Below are positions 49,810 to 57,353 of a stretch of 57,353 bases of DNA, piece by piece. The position numbers and the translations under genes are program-made. The stretch's first letter is position 1. Every line of letters starts with the position of its first letter. The DNA comes from Malacoraja senta (taxonomy: Eukaryota). The stretch lies in contig JAXLNO010000061.1 of assembly GCA_038087875.1 (NCBI GenBank), positions 248,001 through 305,353 on the forward strand. Reading direction: 5' to 3'. The notes beneath the pieces were generated by a model, which was not told the origin of the DNA, did not search any database, and saw only the letters and a program-made list of their open reading frames with translations.

Positions 49810-50263
49810 CAGGGCTCGAAATTAATGGTTGCCCGGGTGCCAATGACCACCCAAAGTGCCACCGGGCAACCTAACAACCGAGTCATTTTGCCCGGCTTGG
49901 CACTGCAGATACTGGTTTATTCCGAAGATAGACACAAAAAACTGTAGTAACTCAGCGGGTCAGGCAGCATCTCTGGAGAAAAGGAACGTGACCTTTCGTG
50001 TCGGCGACGACGGCTGTTTTGCGGGGCAAAGATACTGGGTGCGTGGTGAAGAAGGGTCGGAGCGAATGACGGGCCCTGCACAGCGGCAATAGCGGCCGCG
50101 ACACCGGCTCCATCTCCTCATTATCCCGCACCCCTCCCGCCCTGATAGCAGCCGCTGCCTGCCACTCCGCCAACGCCGCTTTCAAAACAAACCTCGCACG
50201 CCGAGGCCGGGAGGAGGAGGGAGGGAGGGGGAGGCCTCCTTCCGCCATCTAAAGCAGCTGCAC

Positions 50264-50291
50264 CAAAGATCCTATAGCTATAGGATCTTTG
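50264..50291. repeat. Perfect 28-bp palindrome flanked by an 8-bp direct repeat
   Basis: AGCTGCAC-CAAAGATCCTATAGCTATAGGATCTTTG-AGCTGCAC. Confidence 0.95.
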
Positions 50292-50499
50292 AGCTGCACC
50301 GCTCGGCCCCGCACCTTCCTGTTGGCTGGTGGAGGAGGGGAGGCGGTGGCGAGGAGATCCCAACCGCCTCCCCCTTTGGTGGCGGCACCTAGCGGTGGAC
50401 AGGGACGATAATGTTCGAGGAGCGCTGACCTTCCTTCCTCCCCACCTCCCCTCTCCCCCTCTCTCTCTTGTACGCCCCCTCCACCCCCCCTTATCCTGA

Positions 50500-51320
50500 T
50501 ACCCCTCCTCCATCCCGCACTGATCTCCATTCCCGCCTCTATTCAGTCCTCACTGACATCCCCTGTGCTCCCCTCCCCATCTACCCCCCCACCCTCATCT
50601 ATTCATCCCGCACTGATCACCCTATCCACCTCGTGTTGATTCTCCTGCCACTCCCCATCCATCCTACACTGGTCCCCCAATTCATCCTGTACTTACCCCT
50701 TTCCCATCCATCCTGCACTTCTCCATTCATCCTGCACTGATCCCCCCCATTCATCCCGTACTGAACCACCCTCCATTTACCCTGAACCGATCCCCCTATC
50801 CATCCTGTAGTGATCTCCCCATTCATCTTTTACTGAACCCCCCATTCATCCTGTACTGATCCCCTTATTCATCCTGTGCTGATCCCCTCATTCATCCTGT
50901 ACTGATCTCCTCATTCATCCTGTACTGATCCCCCATTCATCTTTTACTGAGCCCTCCATTCATCCTGTACTGAACCTCTCATTCATCCTGTAGTGATCCC
51001 TCATTCATCCTGCACAGACCTCCGATCTACACTGTACTGACCCCCCCCCCATTCACCCGGTACTGATCCACCCATTCATCCTGCGCTGATCCACCCCCCC
51101 AATCATCCTGTACTGAACCCCCCATTCAAGAAGAATGGGAGGAACAGTCTGAAGAAGGGTCTCAACCCGAAACGTTGCCTATTTTCTTCGCTCCATAGAT
51201 GCTGCCTCACCCGCTGAGTTTCTCCAGCAATTTTGTCTACCCCCCATTCATCCTGTACTGATCCCCCCCATCCATCCCGTGCTGATCCCCCCCATTCAAC
51301 ACCACTGACATCCCCATGCT
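50500..51320. repeat. Minisatellite of ~21-23-bp units (ATTCATCCTGTACTGATCCCCC)
   Basis: More than 20 degenerate copies, interrupted by a Penelope-LTR repeat at 51128-51240. Confidence 0.85.
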
Positions 51321-51735
51321 CTCCCCTCACAATTTTACATACTCCAATCAACACGTACTAATTCACCTGCCTCAATCCATTCATTCCGCACCGATTGCCT
51401 TCTCAACGCCTCCCACCCCCTCCTCCCACCATCTATCCACTCCTCACTGATTCACACACTCCCCCCCCCCCCCCCCCCCTCCCTAACCCTATTGTGCTGG
51501 AAATGTCTTCAGAGCGAACATTGACTATGTTTGATAACAGAATGCAATCAAATGTGTTTTAATTCCCAATGTAATTATTTGTTTTAGTCCATAAAGATGG
51601 ATTAATTAAATTGTGAACACGTGAAACATTAAAACCGCAGTGTTCGATTGTCACTGCTGCCGTTGACACATTATTACAGAATACATTTTAATGGCAAATC
51701 AATGCTCTTAAGATGGTAATAATAATTAATATAAT

Positions 51736-52796
51736 AAAAGATGCTGTCTGTGCTGCCACGTGACCATCTAGAGGCTAACCATAAGACACACACCCAGGGC
51801 TGATCACCCTGCAGTGGGCCTGCTTCGACTGAGGGTGTCTTGTGAAAAAAGGCCGAAACACCCAGTGACGTTGAGGTACACAACTGAAGTGTCTGATTGG
51901 TAGCAAAATCACCTAGAGGTCATCCCCAAGAATACCAAATGTCAATTGTAGTGAAAAACCTTAGGGATTGTAACATCCAGTCCTACTAATCAATATGAAC
52001 ATCTGGATCAAACCAGCCTGGAGAGACTGCTGACCGGAGGGAATAGACCCCACCGGGGCTGGCATGGGCTAGCTCCTCATGCCAGCAGGATCCATCGCTA
52101 ATCAGCATTTTGGATCCACCCTTATATTGCTACGGAAGGAATCGACTATGAATAAGACAACTAGCACAGCAATTGACAGAGCAGCAGCACAGGCAGGACA
52201 TAAGCTATGAAGCCGCATCTGTGGCTGGGAAAATATAACATCAGAGAAGGGTCTCAAGATCCACCAGGGCAGAGAAAAGTGCCTGGGATAGCTTGGTGAG
52301 GGGCCTCACATTGACCATTACCTTCTAAGAGGTAGGCCAAATCAGTCGAGTGAAGCCCAGTGGCAGGTTAACCACCACAGTCCACAGGTTATCAGCACCC
52401 CAGGCGAAGCTTAACCAAGTACTGTCCCACCAACGCACACGAGTCCAGAGCCCAACCAGCCACAGTCAGCGGTAGAGAGGAAGATGGAAGGAAAAAAGCC
52501 GAATGGAGCAGTCACTGGCTGTGGCTGAAGAGAAAAGACACTGTCTGGGCTGCGACGTGACCATCTGGAGGCTAACCATAAGACACACCCAGGGCTGATC
52601 ACCCTGCGGTGGGCCTGCCTCAACTGAGGGTTTCTTGTGATAAAAGGCCAAAACACGCAGTGACGTTGAGGTACACAACTGAAGATGTGTCTGATTGGTA
52701 GCAAAATCACCTAGTGGTCATCCCCAAAGAATACCAAATGTCAATTGTAGTGAAAAACCTTAGGGATTGTAACATCCAGTCCTACTAATCAATATG
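51736..52796 (+). mobile_element. HERO-like (RLE clade) non-LTR remnants: a 3' stub plus an internally deleted copy
   Basis: Zinc-finger-like CGWENITSEKGLKIHQGREKC near 52220-52285; C-terminal SSHWLWLKRKDTVW near 52505-52550; ~260-bp direct repeat 51736-51997 / 52533-52796. Confidence 0.5.
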
Positions 52797-53750
52797 GAAT
52801 ATCAGTACTGTAGTTATTTAATGAGCAACATTCACAACTATACGTTGGATTATCCAGGTTTTACTTCTACAGTCGGTCACATCACAAATTTGGTCAGGAG
52901 ATATTTCAGTTGAAATTTTAACGTTAATTCTGAAGTGGGAATGATGGAAACAGCGTTTATCAAATTTTTTTTTAAATCTGGTGCGTACAAACTGGGTATC
53001 TTCATTGCTGTTCACAACACGTACATCTTTTCTGAATGTCCGGTAATGTGCCGTTTTGACACCTTTAAACATATTACCAAAATAACATTTGCTGCAGTTA
53101 TGTGCTTTGGCCATCTCTTGTCAGTTAGTGTAATGTTTAACCCATCAGATGGGTATAGTCGGTTTTAACAGCTATTATTATAAAATGCCTTTAGGAATTT
53201 CCTTGCAACCTGTATATTTTGTTATGGATAACTTATGAGGGAAGCGAGAGTGTTTCTGTACCTATACCAATAACGACCCATGCTATGGCCATGTCATGGT
53301 AATTCTCGGCCCTTCACAGAAAACATGCTTGGATCAATCTGTAGTGTGCGTGGTTAAGCATATATGTTACCATGGTCCAGGATTTATTAACACAGATTGC
53401 TCATATGCTGAATAATCCAACCACATTTTTGTTTGGAAGTGGAAAGAACTAATAGAAATTGCATTCATTGCAATGTGTAAAAAGAGTTGAGATACTGTAT
53501 TATAATTTTGCTGCATGTCATTGTGGTATATATCATGTCTTGATTGGTGAATATGTTTAGTTTGTGACTTTATTTGAAGCAGAAATAATATGTGAATGCT
53601 TCATTGAGCATAATTCCGACTGGTAACTACGCACTTCATCCGAGCACATTATTGCACGTGCCATGCAACCGTCTTAAATGACCACCTAAACTGTCATTTG
53701 GCAACCTAAAAAGATGCCAAACAGGGAAAAAAAGTTAAGTGAGAGCCCTG

Positions 53751-56050
53751 CAGGAATTTCTGGGCATGATCCGGAAGACGCAGAATCATTCCAAAAACGA
53801 AGAAAGATTCTAAGGGGAGTAGGAGGCAACCGTGGCTGAAAAGAGAAGTTAGGGATAGAACAAAACTAAAAGAAAAAATGTATAACACAGCAAAGAGTAG
53901 CCGGAAGCCAGAGGATTGGGAAACTTTCATAAGATTTGAACAGGTACTTCGGATCTGTCTTCACTGAACAGGTACTTCGGATCTGTCTTCACTAAAGAAG
54001 ACACAAACAATCTCTCAGATGTAATGGAGGACAGAGGATCTAAGGGGGTAGAGGAACTGAAATAAATTTTCATTAGGCGAGAAATAGTATTGGGTAGGCT
54101 AATGGGACTGAAGGATGATAAATCCCCTGGGCCTGATGGTCTGCATCCCAGGGTCCTCAGGCAGGTGGCTCTAGAAATAGTGGACGCATTGGTGATCATT
54201 TTCCAATGTTCCTGTGGATTGGAGGATAGCTAATGTTAACCCACTTTTCAAGAAAGGAGCGAGAGAGGAAACCAGTTAGTCTGACTTTGGTGGTGGGAAA
54301 GATGCTGGAGTCAATTATTAAAGAGGTAATAATGGGGCATTTGGATAGCAGTAAAAGGATTAGTCCAAGTCAACATGGATTTATGAAAGGAAATCATGCT
54401 TGACTAATCTTCCGGAATTTTTTGAGGATGTGACAAGTAAAATGGATGAAGGGGTGCCAGTGGATGTATTGTATCGAGACTTTCAGAAAGCCTTTGATAA
54501 GGTCCCGCAAGGGAGACTGGTGACTAAAATTTTGAGCACATTGTATTGGGGGTAGGGTGTTGACATGGATAGAAAATTAGTTGGCGGACAGGAAGCAAAA
54601 AGTAGGAGTGAACGGGTCCTTTTCAGAATGGCAGGCAGTGGCGAGTGGAGTGCCGCAAGGCTCGGTGTTGGGGCTGCAACTGTTTACCATATATATATTA
54701 ATGATTTGGAAGAGGGAATTAGGAGTAACACTAGCAAGTTTGGGGATGACACAAAGCTGGGTCGCAGTGTGAACTGTGAAGAGGATGTTAGGAGGTTGCA
54801 GGGTGACCTGGACAGGTTGATTGAGTGGGCAGATGCAGTATATTATAGATAAATGTGAGGTTATCCACATTGATAGCAAAAACAAGGGGGCAGATTATTA
54901 TCTCAATGAGGTTAGGTAAGGGGGAGGTGCAGCGAGACCTGGGCGTCCTTGTACACCATTCACAGCAGGTAGTGAAGAAAGTTAATGGAATGTTGGCCTG
55001 CATAACAAGAGGATTTCAGTATAGGAGTAAAAAGGTTGTTCTGCAGCTGTATAGGGCTCTGGTGAGACCACTTCTGGAGTATTGTGTACAGTTTTGGTCT
55101 CCTAATTTGAAGAAGGACATCCTTGTGATTGAGGCAGTGCAGCGTAGGTTTATGAGATTGATCCCTGGGTTGGCGGGACGTCATATGAGGAAAGATTGAA
55201 AAGACTGGGCTTAGAAACATAGAAACATAGAAAATATGTGCAGGAGGATTCACTGGATTCAGCTTGTATTCACTGGAGTTTAGAAGGGTGAGGGGGGATC
55301 TTATAAAAACATACACAATTATAAAAGGACTGGACAAGCTAGATGCAGGAAAAATGTTCCCAATGTTGGGCGAGTCCAGAACCAGAATGAAATTCTTGCT
55401 GTGATTCAGCACAACAGAATATAGTAGGCATGAATACAGAACAGATCAATGTGTCCGTATACCATTATATAAATATATACACACATGAATAAATAAAGTG
55501 CAAATAAACAGATAATGGGCTATTAATGTTCAGAGTTTTGTTTGAGTTGAGTTTAATAGCATGATGGCTGTGGGGAAGTAGCTATTCCTGAACCTGGATA
55601 TTGCAGTCTTCAGGCTCCTGTACCTTCTACCTGAAGGTAGCGGCGAGTTGAGTGTGTGGCCAGGATGGTGTGGATCCTTGATGATGCTGCCAGCCTTTTT
55701 GAGGCAACGACTGCGATAGATCCCCTCGATAGTAGGGAGGTCAGAGGCGATGATGGACTGGGCAGTGTTGGAAACCATTTAAGACTGAGGTGAGAAAAAA
55801 CGTTTTCACCCATGAGTTGTGAATTTGTGTAATTCCACAGTGGGCAGTGGAGGCCAATTCACTGGATGGATTTAAGAGAGAGTTAGATAGAGCTCTAGGG
55901 GCTAGTGGAATCAAGGGATATGGGGAGAAGGCAGGCACTGGTTATTGATTGGGGACGATCAGCCATGATCACAATGAATGCCGGTGCTGGCTCGAAGGGC
56001 CAAATGTTCTCCTCCTGCACCTATTTTATATGTTTCTCTATGTTTCTATA
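53751..56050 (+). mobile_element. CR1 ORF2 remainder and 3' end, with a Rex1-like 3' insert at 55388-55770 (-)
   Basis: [49 protein letters not shown] tail. Confidence 0.88.
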
Positions 56051-56220
56051 ACTAGAGTCAAGAATCAAGAGTGTTTTATGGTCATATGTCCCACATAGAA
56101 CAATGAAATTATTACTTGTAGCAGCACCACAGAATATGTAAACATAGTACAATGTAAACAATATAATAAACGAGAAAAACGTCAGTGTGTGTATATATTA
56201 TACATACTCATATACACATA

Positions 56221-56808
56221 CAGTGGCTTGCAAAAGTTTTCATACCCCTTGAACTTTTCCACATTTTGTCACGTTACAACCACAAACGTAAATGTATTTT
56301 ATTGGGATTTTATGTGATAGACCAACACAAAGTGGTGCATAATTGTGAAGTGGAAGGAAAATGATACATGGTTTTCAAATTTTTTTACAAATAAAAAACT
56401 GAAAAGTGTCGCGTGCAAAAGTATTCAGCCCCCCTGAGTCAATACTTTGTAGAACCACCTTTCACTGCAATTACAGCTGCAAGTCTTTTGGGGTATGTCT
56501 CTACCAGCTTTGCACATCTAGAGACTGAAATGTTTGCCCATTCTTCTTTGCAAAATAGCTCAAGCTCAGTCAGATTGGATGGAGAGCGTCTGTGAACAGC
56601 AATTTTCAAGTCTTGCCAGAGATTCTCAATTGGATTTAGGTCTGGACTTTGACTGGGCCATTCTAACACATGAATATGCTTTGATCGAAACCATTCCATT
56701 GTAGCTCTGGCTGTATGTTTAGCGTCGTTGTCCTGCTGGAAGGTGAACCTCCGCCCCAGTCTCAAGTCTTTTGCAGACTCTTAACAGGTTTTCTTCCAAG
56801 ATTGGCAT
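56221..56808 (-). mobile_element. Tc1/mariner right end with transposase C-terminus (56439-56765)
   Basis: TA|CAGTGGCTTGCAAAAG terminus; [31 protein letters not shown]. Confidence 0.92.
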
Positions 56809-57353
56809 TTGTAAATCAGAGCATTGAGTATAGAAGTTGGGATGTAATGTTAAAATTGTACAAGGCATTGGTGAGGCCAATTCTGGAGTATGGTGTACAA
56901 TTTTGGTCGCCTAATTATAGGAAGGATGTCAACAAAATAGAGAGAGTACAGAGGAGATTTACTAGAATGTTGCCTGGGTTTCAGCAACTAAGTTACAGAG
57001 AAAGGTTGAACAAGTTAGGGCTTTATTCTTTGGAGCGCAGAAGGTTAAGGGGGGACTTGATAGAGGTCTTTAAAATGATGAGAGGGATAGACAGAGTTGC
57101 TTTTCCCACTGAGAGTAGGGAAGATTCAAACAAGGGGACATGACTTGAGAATTAAGGGACAGAAGTTTAGGGGTAACATGAGGGGGAACTTCTTTACTCA
57201 GAGAGTGGTGGCTGTGTGGAATGAGCTTCCAGTGAAGGTGGTGGAGGCAGGTTCGTTTTATCATTTAAAAATAAATTGGATAGTTATATGGACGGAAAGG
57301 AATGGAGGGTTATGGTCTGAGCGCAGGTATATGGGACTAGGGGAGAATACGTG
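56805..57353 (+). mobile_element. CR1 3' fragment
   Basis: LYKALVRPILEYGVQFWSP, LGLYSLERRRLRGDL. Confidence 0.88.

Larger units (their letters stand above)
49810..53750. mobile_element. hAT-like non-autonomous DNA element (~3.9 kb including nested inserts) interrupting a CR1
   Basis: Imperfect TIRs CAGGGCTCGAAATTAA / TTAAGTGAGAGCCCTG; ATGACCACC...GGCAACCTAA near both ends; CR1 continuous across it; no clean TSD. Confidence 0.6.

Noticed and set aside
50680..51300. Regularly spaced ~22-bp repeats resembling a CRISPR array
   Set aside because: No unique spacers, degenerate tandem units, eukaryotic context
52825..52860. HSQLYVGLSR, similar to the Helitron/PIF1 helicase motif HGQLYVALSR
   Set aside because: Single short match with no other helicase motifs nearby
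53937..53993. Short (~28-bp) tandem duplication in CR1
   Set aside because: Ordinary local slippage at a deletion junction

Overview
Eukaryotic genomic DNA, most likely a cartilaginous fish (skate/ray-like, inferred from the repeat families). The window is almost entirely nested transposable elements: many CR1/L3 LINE pieces (three with an esterase-type ORF1), two DIRS1 copies, two fish-type L1s, Penelope elements and their pseudo-LTR repeats, Rex1/Babar pieces, a Tc1 end, V-SINE-like pieces and a hAT-like non-autonomous element. The only recognisable host gene is the first coding exon of LENG1 (46048-46179, +). The most notable feature is a complete 4483-bp ISL2EU-type (PIF/Harbinger-related) DNA transposon at 40837-45319. 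It has perfect 16-bp TIRs and AT target duplications, a frameshifted spliced THAP-DDE transposase, and an open spliced 635-aa SWIM + YqaJ nuclease + ING-like PHD gene lying head-to-head with LENG1. Other highlights are a ~1.25-kb direct repeat flanking an L1 like a giant target-site duplication, a 28-bp palindrome with an 8-bp direct repeat resembling a P-element excision footprint, a 166-nt templated inverted insertion, and a DIRS ICR/terminal-repeat structure. All assignments come from reading motifs by eye; no searches were run, and boundaries of degraded repeats are approximate.
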